DNA of 64,000 nt from positions 1,669 to 65,668 of the IMG/VR virus record IMGVR_UViG_3300034418_011920. The stretch is one strand, 5' to 3'. The DNA comes from a virus. Taxonomy: Duplodnaviria > Caudoviricetes. The notes under the pieces are model-generated. The model was not told the DNA's origin, ran no database searches, and was given only the letters and a program-made list of their open reading frames with translations. Both the position numbers and the translations under genes were made by a program. Shown piece by piece: positions 20,801 through 28,600 of the stretch. Every line of letters begins with the position of its first letter. Within the stretch, counting starts at the first letter, position 1.

Positions 20801-21872
20801 AAGCAAAATAGAACAATTAAAAGAACTAGCAAATGCTGATTCATCAGTTATAGAAACTGCAGATGTGGCATTTAGATCATGGAATCCTACTATTAGAGAA
20901 GCGAGAAATGCACCGAGTGGTTTCTGGGATTGGTCTAGAGGAAACGATCCTAAGAGTTTGTCAAGAATAATTCAAGATCCTGATTTGAAAGATTATGGAA
21001 ATTTACGCAGCAAGTATAACTTTATTAAAGAATATAACGAACGTATAGGAAGAAATCAAAACAAGAGTGGGTTAATCCAAGGGACAGCAACACCAACTCC
21101 GACTCCAAAGCCTCAAACAGCTGCTGTGTCACAAACTCCAGCAATGCCTATCCGTCCACCGAAACCAAATATTCAAAACGATCCTATAGGATATCAAGAC
21201 TATATGGTTGGGCCATACAAAGGCACTCCTTTGGAGGCTGAAGCTAGACAATTATTTAAGAAACAAACCGAAGCATACAATAGACTTAATGCTAGTACAA
21301 CGAGAGACCAAGCAAGAAAACAAGTAAATGAACAACTTAAAGCATTGCGTCAATTAGGACAAGAACAAGGTATTCCGGGGTTAAGTCAAGGAGGACCAAT
21401 TTATGCAAGCAAAGGAATGTTTGTTCCAAAAGGACCAGATACTATCCCAGCGATGCTTGCTCCAAATGAATTTGTAGTAAACGGTCAGTCAGCAATAAAT
21501 AATTTGGATCTCCTAAAGCAAATCAATGCTTCTAGAGGTCCACTCTATATGAATCAAGGTGGTATCGTAAGTGGTAGTAGTCCAGCACAAGCAGAAAATT
21601 ATTACGGCACTCTTGGCGGAAATAACCAAACCAATCAAATGGGTAATAACTTTGCTGGTTATGTTGAGCAACTTCAAAACTTCCAATTCCCCACTATTCC
21701 AGAAAGAATCGAAATGGTTGGAAGTCATACTGTTGATGTTAATGTTAATGGTGCTGGTGCATTTGAATCACTACAAGGCGGTATCATGAATATGATTAAT
21801 AGTGAAATTGGTAAGACAATGGATGGCTTGTGGAATCAATCAAATGGCGCCGTAGGAAGAGCAAGTAGATAG
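8814..21872 (+). CDS. giant multidomain tape measure protein (4352 aa)
   Basis: N-terminal TP901-type TMP core (LGVASSDLAQVSVTLAQAGF, AETIATGLRTIFTRI), long helical regions and glycine-zipper hydrophobic segments. Four DT(V/I)PA..(P)(G/N)EF(V/I) motifs. Located after the tail tube and chaperones. Confidence 0.9.
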   Translation: MATPFNLTAQINLRGPNNIKPIVGQIKKQLGSINADVNVKLAKGAPKSIASVTKNLKLMNAEFQKANANAKTLSATISTLGANFSSLARSSVQVASVNTKVASTLSGMTSAGLDSSDAMNKLGREVFNTGKRIAILSTLVTPLVNVFRNATSSAVEFNDQMRRLQQVVGGTGGIVTSISNEITRLSTTLGVASSDLAQVSVTLAQAGFTASETQRSLEALAKTNLAPTFKNIQQTTEGAIAALRQFELSAGDLESALGSINAVAAKFAVESSDIIAAIQRTGGVFASASKGVSQGTDALNEFIAVFTSVRATTRESAETIATGLRTIFTRIQRGSTINYLKEFGVELQNAQGQFVGAYEAIRRLSEGLKDLDPRDVRFSKIVEELGGFRQIGKVIPLLQQFTTAQQALNIAQSGQGSLTKDAIAAQKSYAVQITRVREEFNALIRDFSENTVFKNIAGAFLSITKNVITIGRALAPIGAAFATAFAITNFKAITNFFDGIVKSVTGLFNTKDKGGVLSQLGSLTGGGNITVTAKNEKVTAAIAVNTTALNANTKSLDNLTSAINGLKAGGTTFNKGGRVQAFASGGVVPGQGNRDTVPAMLTPGEFVIRKKAVETIGAGNLQKMNKYSWGGKVKTLASEYTSIQDIDNYEQFEDDIVRDRSKFIRVKPTDEDKETFKNIKAFSNASRFEKFVGEKYSLGNPAKGRFDYLDFPDSRSEAKFLPLGETYSNSEKGNTPKSIAAKNFLFENSAYRPNRKNKSVKQIETVSLTGPVDTYWANPKDFYNLGGYIKKYGIGGGILATDTVGAAIMEEAGNLTPTIISGGEIISSTLKDRKLKEDELSNMEKRLQAIFGNRSYNLVRQGLDGALGANVGGAINNRIIEMMNNLGADLDFPGIAAGAGDNFLSTLNDSVKGGIFESVLNTIKNSGIYQVAQSSSEKNDYFDFRDGLGEASKWFPSLKDIAFVDAKKSLDAARPGSIARKIGNEALREAGSMSLEQLSKMAEEIQSTSGIQDVLLNAITQDFGSGAYSRGMILPLIGEGKESENLSVAEKLKAIYERLGLSPQKGNSVLRKLFGTATGKKWEGKAVSLANRLNFGGFVQKFAEGGEPDPNAPSAKQLGFIKSLVGKFYSDEAQIEQFMSTVYDKQTASKQIQQLQNAKKWTGLFKALLAEGKSVGFLGGRPFAYYSRISTASSSFDELKDEETIRAFLERGKLAFGSYTNNTNTFAQRRYNRSKGYRRALGGFIQKFAEGGEPKKEKDFGQILLSGSPERIEARYNPNDTRTGSVNAKKWKDGIWTVGLSMASKGYGPRLYDTVMEAVTEKGGMLTSDRATVSGAARSVWDYYFRNRSDVSKTPLPRDAWTGNYEMIDEKLRGPEDTWPPKNDPAWALQTGYRKSPSLINDPNSVKRIKSSQSSAKTALDYFAARSLFADGGLIQKFAEGGSAEDTVPALLTPGEFVINKKAASRIGSANLNKMNKADKISGFNKGGPVGMVQRFAAGGGVQDVLAQQSGMSTSKFMKELGKELDSVALDIIKSLQQTKKSFVVSIGKATNAFAAGLDPAEVEASLQEAVAGLAEAGGISDTGVIQKAASDLFAGIQAGLPLDQIQAKSAELTQITARQITTTDALDRAMQRLSLETGIAADELNKIKDTQRLEAKQFFEGDIGKQFDGVITRTFPKTFKGLLDNSFGKLTANITKAFPATAITGSLVSLKGSLDYFGSDIQKLGVDLGLLPEDVKNSLSTLGGVLGGAGQGAAIGQALGGLLGPAGALGGAIVGAVAGGIKGYFDAQSRIEQERIRKESVKSQKRFEDNLARAQNEPLAEDRQEALERAMSELSARNRELAEQMGKLGGGTVYGGDQIRLPRTEEAATGLSDRIKKFGENMQRLGEMRLQTESADSLNERQDKIDEVLDSATTKTQHLFEVFGQTAEAQAALATLGANATEEQKAALLENLALSRYLAEQESLGVSARDALATWNANIADNLNATLRSTLIEKQAAIATQRAALAQENYNKQLESFTFKMDAVSQALNIFNNEMEFSLARLDNLNAGLAGEGPQGITLRNRTRDIIENPLAFSVEEFQQAAERVAGQGEAGQEISNLATASRIINQVLRPALSNTEDRDVSGVREAVQAQIDELFPGQGPGAGVPADLQQAIDEVLDQSIRGITEQATQRQGEGQDFANITDSVDQFSRGAAIAEETLKQLSEQREKEFQLFLDLEERRADAILKQVNITQQLVKTQADFNQQLRDAIGEFSSLEEMNAGFNAQIQQLTGGETDPTAISDNIIDLERQQREASDRINQLMRDPTNGEPDNRRAQEDLAREIINLQVEQKKYIQALELIANSNEKVSNAFKKLADEQKKAETGKDLLSILSSGSLEDILKLRTDIVGVQQALAGNTGFFAANPLASQLNPQILDLLQLSQEERRRAEGVAIQGGIGGRFGGAAAGMAGQFFAMMETGINNATQQVQAASAEQLRALIELRRIAELQENNVIKQQENIDILLRGLNDELGGGDANEAQEKFIKALEDLGINLPKDITNRVLEGLSLVKMGIQGILLGDDLRNGYLGIVENAYANITEKLNAIADRMNEAAPRANQPPNADSPPLGNPGNQAGGGRGGRGDDWLPDWLPDWWPVFDFRSRGGPIYAKNGMAVGPFKPRGKDTVPAMSTNGQPYMLQPGEFIVNKEAYQKNKGLVEAINGGMNVGGFGGTMYAAAGGIVQMGGIQVPQWYLDANAAMRQQAQAVAAYNQNYAMSGQYRRDAIANLGQGTNVDYAQRNSMAMADNMQRTAEGANTIAEAATSDGAQSGAQTGGMFGDIFGRMLGGKNPAAQIGGQIGGAMIGGIMGAFDNLAGGALSSIGQRVGSVFAGQTAEQPATPTPQPAQATPLPQPTPDVQAAPIDLGAVPSGPGGGAMSIPPEPTRRPRVIDGSRPTPETQPIPAPPPPQPVPEVSADRPRANQAPLAEEQPVPAPTAPGQNGFSGLGSDTARDAAIRAAKAAGRPLTGEEAAYYEQREAQRNEADPERAQRGAYARRRAADRATYEGQPKDRVNPDTPPSGRGQGVWDAYTRYVTSAGETNFVQPNEEGSQTAPLFDRQGYEAYLASRYGTQGTLGGASAHPRYEEDMATFDYYRQQRENEIAADKKPGKLFSSDMTVPEKIKATDAAGAREALKIQEARREASEKSLFGDAIQTDPQLTRAENIAQANTAIQDLQNRAPISDNLDDNEINKRKYTAGQARGYILDAKDNTGQFELKDAKFNGFDEDGNILLEKPSEYRDIDGKNTPVYTGDIKPVNPDKLDSLTLDRINRAQQKANDEYEKNVTLPAQEEKDRAIERARQREDFNRRAEARRTQKQKEKEEAATAQASIDTEYDRTERQLTDLANTERANAQRNEKQRDDQLLYRLGTGTLGGSEDTLRQASQASEEKVAKAEAALASLNQSRKTRERLKQKGLIFTGASDTEFDLTGTGVEPYTDIGTGDKPVQVYRSADGQIYSSKKEALEGLGYVSKRGYLTEEGKKFYTNRSIDQQVTANNTYKDLLGIDPNTGFLQEGQIAEIQRQNEGFMSGVEAGAGVVETGVETLAAVATLGGSAAVTTVGRSALSAGVRGAARTGLFAAGETAAISSVLEGEKVNAGRQTVGDAIGNVGTKAAFAGLTGGVGGGIGGVAARGAARKARLDKLLDERKTTQGVIDRITRSGTTFENTKFVNKDFNVFSPRQANNISQKATKRAAEKSGDINEIIDLRNNPRAAFELYDGATGEIPDIKIKKFKEASDIASTRQSRKSASQFDAQGGKAFATPDETASAAALKPSKATQTKIKQLEANRTQAEDLRRTFKVDSNPKSAAATKPKPATATKPKPAVASADQKTATQILSEEYTAPISNRQRRAEAFPGVAAPPPKPTVATPTPKPTVATPTPKPTVAAPKPKPTVATPKPKPTVATPEPIDPKKEFSTFMDEWNKERKIGTPFLNEKFDSWKYKPLAQTYDELIENMGGAKGLSSSKIEQLKELANADSSVIETADVAFRSWNPTIREARNAPSGFWDWSRGNDPKSLSRIIQDPDLKDYGNLRSKYNFIKEYNERIGRNQNKSGLIQGTATPTPTPKPQTAAVSQTPAMPIRPPKPNIQNDPIGYQDYMVGPYKGTPLEAEARQLFKKQTEAYNRLNASTTRDQARKQVNEQLKALRQLGQEQGIPGLSQGGPIYASKGMFVPKGPDTIPAMLAPNEFVVNGQSAINNLDLLKQINASRGPLYMNQGGIVSGSSPAQAENYYGTLGGNNQTNQMGNNFAGYVEQLQNFQFPTIPERIEMVGSHTVDVNVNGAGAFESLQGGIMNMINSEIGKTMDGLWNQSNGAVGRASR
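12099..13139 (+). repeat. three dispersed direct repeats encoding GG(F/L)(V/I)QKFAEGG
   Basis: CAAAAATTCGCAGAAGGAGGAGA is identical at 12111-12133 and 12549-12571. Positions 12537-12569 and 13107-13139 match at 30 of 33 nt. Confidence 0.9.
20331..20378 (+). repeat. 24-nt tandem repeat x2 (A(A/T)ATKPKP)
   Basis: gctgctgcgactaagcctaagcca followed by gctactgcgactaagcctaaacca. Confidence 0.8.
20496..20630 (+). repeat. 27-nt tandem repeat x5 encoding PKPTVA(T/A)P(T/K/E)
   Basis: cctaagccaactgt(c/t)gct(a/g)cgcct-nnn repeated five times in frame within the TMP. Confidence 0.95.
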
Positions 21873-21882
21873 AGGAGAAAAG

Positions 21883-23742
21883 ATGGAAAATAGTGCAGAT
21901 TCAAAAATGAGAGTATATTATGGTCCAATCACAAATGCCACATCTGTTGATGAGTTTGTTCTTTCACCTGCTCCACTTTTTACTATAAATACTGATCCAA
22001 TTTATGTTGGTGAAAATATTATTGGTTCTGTTGAAAGAATTACTCTTACTGGATATTTAACTTCTATCAATCAAGCAAAAGAAGAAGCGGGAACAGATGG
22101 CTTGCCATATATAATGCAAAGAATAAGAGAACTTAAATCTCTTTTTGGTCATAATGGATATACGCTTCTTGTAAAACAAGGTGGACAGGATCTAATTAAG
22201 GCTGTTGGGTCTAAAGTTGTAAGTTTTAACATAGAGAGAACAGAGAATAATTGGGTTAATTATGCAACCTATACTGTGGAATTAGAGTTTGGGTCCATTT
22301 CTTATCTGGGTTGTGGTGGAGAAGAATTGGGTTGTGAGGATTTTGTTTTTGGTTTAGATGCTCTTGCTCCATATAACGATGGATTAGTAGATGTTAGCGA
22401 TTATAGAATACGAAACTTTTCCGATTCTTGGTCTTTTGAACTTGGGGAAGAAATATATCAAAATATTGGAGATACAAACACTCCATATTCTTTATCTAAT
22501 CAATACTTTACTTTAACATATACATTAGATGCAGAGGGTTATCATTATTACAATGCGAATGGACGATTAATTCCAGCGTGGGAACAAGCTAAGAATTTCT
22601 GTCAATATAGACTTTACCAACAACTCAATGAAGGTTTAATAGGAGCTAGTGTTGAGCCAGGAATTCTGGTTCTTAGAACAGAGGATCAAGATGGAACTTG
22701 CAACCCCGACGACGAAGCAAAGATAGACAAATTATTTGAAGTAGACTCAACTAAATTTTCTCTTCTTGGAGATTTGGAAAGAGACAGAGAATATAAACCT
22801 TTTAATGAAACCATCGACACTACTGTATCAGAATCTAATGGAACTTTTAGCTTATCATATACAGTATTAATAAAAAGAATTACGCCAAATGCTGTTTGGG
22901 AGAAAAATTCTAAAGTTTTACACACAATTACAAGATCAAAGAATATTTCTAATGATAATAAGGAAGAAACAGCGAGTATTTCTATTGATGGAAACATTCA
23001 GGGTTTAGTAGAGGGGGGATTAATCTTAAATCCGCAAGTTGTGCAACTTCAATCGCAAGGTCAACTTTTAATTGTTCCCGATAATGATGGGACAGGAAAA
23101 TACCAAGCTGCTAAAGAAGCTTTGGATGAAATTTATATAGTAGATCCAACCGATTCAAAGAACATAGATTTTGAACGCAATTTTAAAGAAAGAATTCTAG
23201 AAGCTACATATGAAGCATTGGGCGTTGATGAGGAAAGTGGGTTTACAGGCTTGCCTTCTGGGCCAAAAATTCAAACTATGAATATCAGTCATGATTTTTC
23301 TGGAGGATCAATTTCCTACCAGGCTAGTTTTGATAGTAAAGATGTTACCTATGAACAAATATATTTTACAGAATTTACCATTACTCAACAAGATCCAGTA
23401 GAAGTAGTTGCTGAAATTGTTGTGCCAGGTAAAGCAGACGGAACTGTAGTTCAAAAGATGAACACAACAACACCAAGAACGATAAGTATCGCTATGAACG
23501 GTTTCATGCCACCAGATTATAGTGGTAATTTTGACTATTATTCAAATAAAGTTTGCAGTAGCGGTAATTTTATTCCTCATATGGATGAAATGTTTCCAGA
23601 TAGAATTCTAGCAGATGACCCGAATAATATTAATGACGATACACAAGTAGCCTTCTTAACTGCTGATTCTGAAAGTTTGAATCCGTTAGACGGCAGTTTT
23701 ACTGCAACAAGGACATATACATACTATGATCAGAAAAGATAG
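21883..23742 (+). CDS. putative distal tail/baseplate protein, paralog 1
   Basis: Immediately follows the TMP; beta-rich; collinear motifs shared with 23751..25682. Confidence 0.6.
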   Translation: MENSADSKMRVYYGPITNATSVDEFVLSPAPLFTINTDPIYVGENIIGSVERITLTGYLTSINQAKEEAGTDGLPYIMQRIRELKSLFGHNGYTLLVKQGGQDLIKAVGSKVVSFNIERTENNWVNYATYTVELEFGSISYLGCGGEELGCEDFVFGLDALAPYNDGLVDVSDYRIRNFSDSWSFELGEEIYQNIGDTNTPYSLSNQYFTLTYTLDAEGYHYYNANGRLIPAWEQAKNFCQYRLYQQLNEGLIGASVEPGILVLRTEDQDGTCNPDDEAKIDKLFEVDSTKFSLLGDLERDREYKPFNETIDTTVSESNGTFSLSYTVLIKRITPNAVWEKNSKVLHTITRSKNISNDNKEETASISIDGNIQGLVEGGLILNPQVVQLQSQGQLLIVPDNDGTGKYQAAKEALDEIYIVDPTDSKNIDFERNFKERILEATYEALGVDEESGFTGLPSGPKIQTMNISHDFSGGSISYQASFDSKDVTYEQIYFTEFTITQQDPVEVVAEIVVPGKADGTVVQKMNTTTPRTISIAMNGFMPPDYSGNFDYYSNKVCSSGNFIPHMDEMFPDRILADDPNNINDDTQVAFLTADSESLNPLDGSFTATRTYTYYDQKR

Positions 23743-23750
23743 GAGATTTT

Positions 23751-25682
23751 ATGGCAGAACTAGCTGAAATTATGGTATTCTATGGTCCCGTTAAAGAAAT
23801 CGGGGATGATCTAAGAAACGGAGTTGATGCTTCTGGTATATATCGACAATACAAACTGTCCCCATCTCCATTTATTAATATTAGCACCAGTATTAATTAT
23901 GCTAATGATAATATAGTTGGATATAAGTATTCAATCGATATAGAAGGAACAGTTGTTCCGTCTGGAAATGTTCCGATTAGTCTTGCTAAGACAGCAGGAA
24001 ATATCAGTGAACACAGAAAGAAACTTACTAGATATGGTTCATATCTATTTGTTTATGATAATACCAATAGGACTGTGCTTCTAGAGGGACAAAATGGTCT
24101 TTTACAATCTTTAGCATATAATGAATCAAATAATAACTGGCTAAAGTCTGTTCCATACAGAGCAACAATCGAATTTCAAGAATTAATTTTTAATGCAGAA
24201 GATGTGGATAAATGCTCAAGCGGAGGAGATATAGGTGCGGACTCTTTGTCTAGAAACTTGATAGATAGAGATAAGTATAAAATTAAATCTTTTAACGACC
24301 AATGGTCAATATCAGCCGATGCTGAAACCTTATATTCGGATATTAAGTATCTAGATACAAGCCAAGAGGGGTTTAGGCCAGCCTTTCTTAAAACAGATAA
24401 TCTTACATATAATGTTAGATATACTATTGATGCGGAGGGTATGAATTATTCTAAATGGAACGGAACAGAAAATCTTGTTGTCCCAGCATGGGAACAGGCC
24501 AAGTCTTTTTGTCAAGATCGTTTATTTACTGAAGTGAAAAAGTTAGCGGAAAATATTTGCTATATCAATGCCAACACAGCTTGCGAAGCTACTTCTACTT
24601 TGGCGAATTTATACGGCGAGAGCCAGAAGGGTCTACTTTTTGAAGCAAATAAGTTTAAAATTTATAACGAGTCTGTTAGATGCGAAACATCGGAAGGAGC
24701 AGGATCTTTTTCGGCAGAATATTCTGCCATACTAAAAATAGAAAGGCCAACAGAAAATGGTTTTTCTAATGAAGCTGTTAGGCATACATTTACAAAAAGT
24801 GTTCAAACAGAAAAGAACGGTATACAAAAATCTGCAACCAATGAAATCCTAGAAAATAAAGTTATCACTATAGAGGGAGAAATTCAAGGGTTTGTAGAAG
24901 GAGGACTTCTTTTTGCTCAGAACTCTGATTATGAATTGCCACAAACAGGTTATTTGATAGTGCAAAGAACATCACAAAATGAGAAATATAACAATGCACT
25001 TCTTTTCGCTCAGAAATTCTTTGATAATGCAAATATAGAAAAAGCTAAAGATATACATGAGAATTATAAAGGTCAATATGAATTTGGTTTAAGGCCAGAA
25101 GATTTTATGCAGGAAACTGGGGGGTTGACAGATATTGAACATGCTAAACCAGAAACATTCAATATCAGCAAAGACTATGCCAATGGAATCATATCCTACT
25201 CTGCTAAATACAGTACTGGCAAAACAGGGGGAAGGCATAAGTATTCTAATACTTCTATTGAGATACAAAGGGGAGTTCCTGTGATAGCCACATTCCAGTT
25301 GCCTAATGGTGGATATATTACGGAATCTAATCCTAGTGGAGTGGGTGTTATTATTCAAGATATGGGCACAAAAACTAGAGATGTAATGAATATTACGATA
25401 GAAGGTAATGATCCAGATTCGAAATTGGGGTATATAAGTATAGAAGATCCAGATTCTTATCTGAAAGTTTATAATTTTTTGGGTTCTGGTAATGGAAATT
25501 TTTATCTTCCCACAGATATTTCTTACCCATCAGGAAGCGTATTGACAGAAAGAACTAAAACGACTAATATATTAACAGGATCTTATAGCATTAAACTTGC
25601 TTATATTTTATGCACACCGGGATGTCCTATACCTCCACCAACAGGGGCTACGGGATATATAGATAATACAGGAGATTATTGA
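23751..25682 (+). CDS. putative distal tail/baseplate protein, paralog 2
   Basis: Shares YGP, LSPxP, NNW, DAEG..PAWEQAKxFCQxRL and IQGxVEGGL with the upstream gene. Confidence 0.6.
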   Translation: MAELAEIMVFYGPVKEIGDDLRNGVDASGIYRQYKLSPSPFINISTSINYANDNIVGYKYSIDIEGTVVPSGNVPISLAKTAGNISEHRKKLTRYGSYLFVYDNTNRTVLLEGQNGLLQSLAYNESNNNWLKSVPYRATIEFQELIFNAEDVDKCSSGGDIGADSLSRNLIDRDKYKIKSFNDQWSISADAETLYSDIKYLDTSQEGFRPAFLKTDNLTYNVRYTIDAEGMNYSKWNGTENLVVPAWEQAKSFCQDRLFTEVKKLAENICYINANTACEATSTLANLYGESQKGLLFEANKFKIYNESVRCETSEGAGSFSAEYSAILKIERPTENGFSNEAVRHTFTKSVQTEKNGIQKSATNEILENKVITIEGEIQGFVEGGLLFAQNSDYELPQTGYLIVQRTSQNEKYNNALLFAQKFFDNANIEKAKDIHENYKGQYEFGLRPEDFMQETGGLTDIEHAKPETFNISKDYANGIISYSAKYSTGKTGGRHKYSNTSIEIQRGVPVIATFQLPNGGYITESNPSGVGVIIQDMGTKTRDVMNITIEGNDPDSKLGYISIEDPDSYLKVYNFLGSGNGNFYLPTDISYPSGSVLTERTKTTNILTGSYSIKLAYILCTPGCPIPPPTGATGYIDNTGDY

Positions 25683-28600
25683 TGTCGCTAGTTTTACGAT
25701 CAGACACCCTAAAAGAACCAATTAAATTTTTAGGATGCTCTACCATATCCTTTAATAGTCAAATTGGATGGGGTCTAGATAGTTCTACCCTAACGGTTGA
25801 ACTTGTTGAAGATTGTGAAGCTGGTGATCGTTTTATTGGTAGGGATGAAGAAATCATAGGAACAGCCAGATATTTTGACACAAGAGATCAGGATTGGGTT
25901 AATGGAGATATTCAAGAACCCAGATGGAAAAGTAATTTTGTGTTTGGTGGCATCGTAACAAACTGGACACAAACTCAAGGTACGTCTGGACATATTTTTA
26001 GCATTCAAATGAGCGATGCTAAACAATTATTGAGCAATATATTTATAGAAACAGATACTTATAGCTGGTATCCTATTTGGGATAAGAATTACTTCAATGT
26101 ACTGGCTAAATACGAATCGGATGTTTTTTACGGAGATTGTCGATGGTATGGAACGGCAAACTCTAATCAGAGAGGAATGAATTACAATAATATCATTCAA
26201 GGGCTTTTAAATATTGGCCAAGACAATCAATCATGGAACAATATTGATGGAGAAGATTCTTATGAGAATACTAAATTTAATCAAAGACCAATAGTATATT
26301 CACCTCTTCATGGTTGGGTGATTAACGGAACTCAGGTACAACACACTGCTTTTGCTATAGATTTTGGCCTTGTTAACTACAGAAACTACAGCAATCCCAA
26401 TTTCGAATATCTTGAAAAATGGAGAGCGGATTCTTTACCTATAGGACCAAACTTTTATCGAGTTGCTGGTAGCGTAACTCTTTTGGATTTGATTAATAAT
26501 ATTTGTGAGTTAACAGCTAGAAACTTTTTTGTTACTATGTATTACGACAAAACTTATGACGCTCATGTCATAGAAATTCGTTGTGTACATCTTATTGATG
26601 AATATGCTGGAAATTACACAGCAATTGTGGAACAGTTCAATGGAAATGCTACAGATTTATCATACGGTAGAGAATTTAACAACGATAAGAATCGCAATAT
26701 GATAATGGGTGAAAATATCCATTTCATGTCACAGTCTACATTATTTAATCATTATTTTGGAGATAGTACTATTGGAGCGCCACAGGTTCCACTAGTCAAT
26801 AGTAATTTTCAATATTTAGATCCTTTAGGGAATGTAAGTCCAGGAGATAATTTTTGGGTGGCTATTGATGTTACTCAATTGAATGTTGGTCTTTATACTC
26901 CATTTCCAACTAATACGGTTTATATATCAGAAAAAGACTTGTTGGCGGCTACAGCCGGAAAACATATTTGGGAAATGAGAGCAACAGCAATTAGGGTTGA
27001 TGGTAATGGAGATGAAATAGACGATCCTTTGAATGCTCCAGAAGGTTCGTTGAATAAATACCTAAGAGGTATGCATCCTGGTCTCACTACACTGGCTATG
27101 GATATTATTACTAGACTTATTGATAGTGTTAATAGGAGGAAATTTTTTGGAGTTGTTGATAATGATAGATTCCCAATCAACGATCTTCTACTTAATACCT
27201 TCAATGGATATAACTATCAAAATAATGATCAGCTTTTAGTTAAAGATTTAGAAGCCATATATAATTTTGTTTCTGAACTCGCAAATAAATATTATGGAAA
27301 GCAATTCCTTTACCAGCTTAATGAAACTATATGTTATAATTATGTTGATCCAGATACAGAGTCAGGAGCATTAGAATTTAGTGCTACTCCAACAAATGAA
27401 GGAGCGTGGGTAGACCCAGGAGTTTCTGTATTAGGTTTAAGAGACGGATTTTTGGCACCATTTAAAACCGAAGACGGAAGAACAGGATCATTTGCAAGAT
27501 TTGATGTCGGAGGAAATATGGGTGCTTGGGGTACGAATATTGAGGCAACAAATCCAGGGGTTCCAGGATATAATAGCATTTTAGATGTAAGTCAAATCTC
27601 TCCAGATTCTTATGTTTCTGATGGTTCTACTATATGGATTAGGGCAAGCGTTGCAGAAAAAACTTATACCGTATATAATGCTGCTTTGGGGGTTACTGTT
27701 CCCGCAGGAGTAGTTGAGTTAGATTCCCCCGCATTTGCAAAACCACAAACAAATCTACAAGGATTAGCAGAGCAAATTATAACGGCTTTGATGCTAATGT
27801 ATCAGCATCCAAATCAGGAGACTTACTATCCAGAAGGTGGGACTTATACCCAAATCATTATTGATAATCCTGGTAGCGGATATGTTACTGGGGATATTGC
27901 TAGGTTTGGGAATGGTATTGGAGTTATAAACGCTACTGATCCGGAAGGATATGTAAGCAGTATCAATATTACTTATGGTGGAGATCAAGCACGAAGAGGT
28001 TCACAAGCTTCTATTCAAATTAGCTCTCAAAACGGGGAAGATTTTTCCGGTAGAGCTATTGCGAGTTTGTATAATCAAGATAAATATTGGGGTCTCCCAA
28101 CACAGGTTAATCCAGACCCTAATTTAGGATATCAAAACGTATACAATAACAACAACTTAGCTTCTCAAGACTTGTCATGGTTGGGTGCAGCTAGAAAAGC
28201 AATATTTCCTTCTGCTGCTGCAATTCCGATTAGAAGTAATATAGCTGTTTACGGTCCGTATTATAGTAATAACTTCTTTACACAAGCCGGCGGAGTTAAC
28301 GTAGAACAAGACAAGGATCTTGCTCCTTGGAATTTTGGCTCTATCTATACCATGTCACAAGCGGGATCAACAAGAGCCAACACTGCTTTTGCAGAAGACC
28401 AGGAACCTTTGATTGTATCGGAGCTTGGTGACGCTAAAGTTCCCGGTATGCCTCTATATAGTTTAGGCGACCAAATGGATGTAAATGGTGTTGTTCGTGG
28501 TCCTTTGATCAACAATATTAATGTTAGTTTTGGTGGTCAGGGTATTATTAGTAGCTATGGCTTTAAAACTTTTAGTAGAAAATTTGGCAATCTTCCAGAA

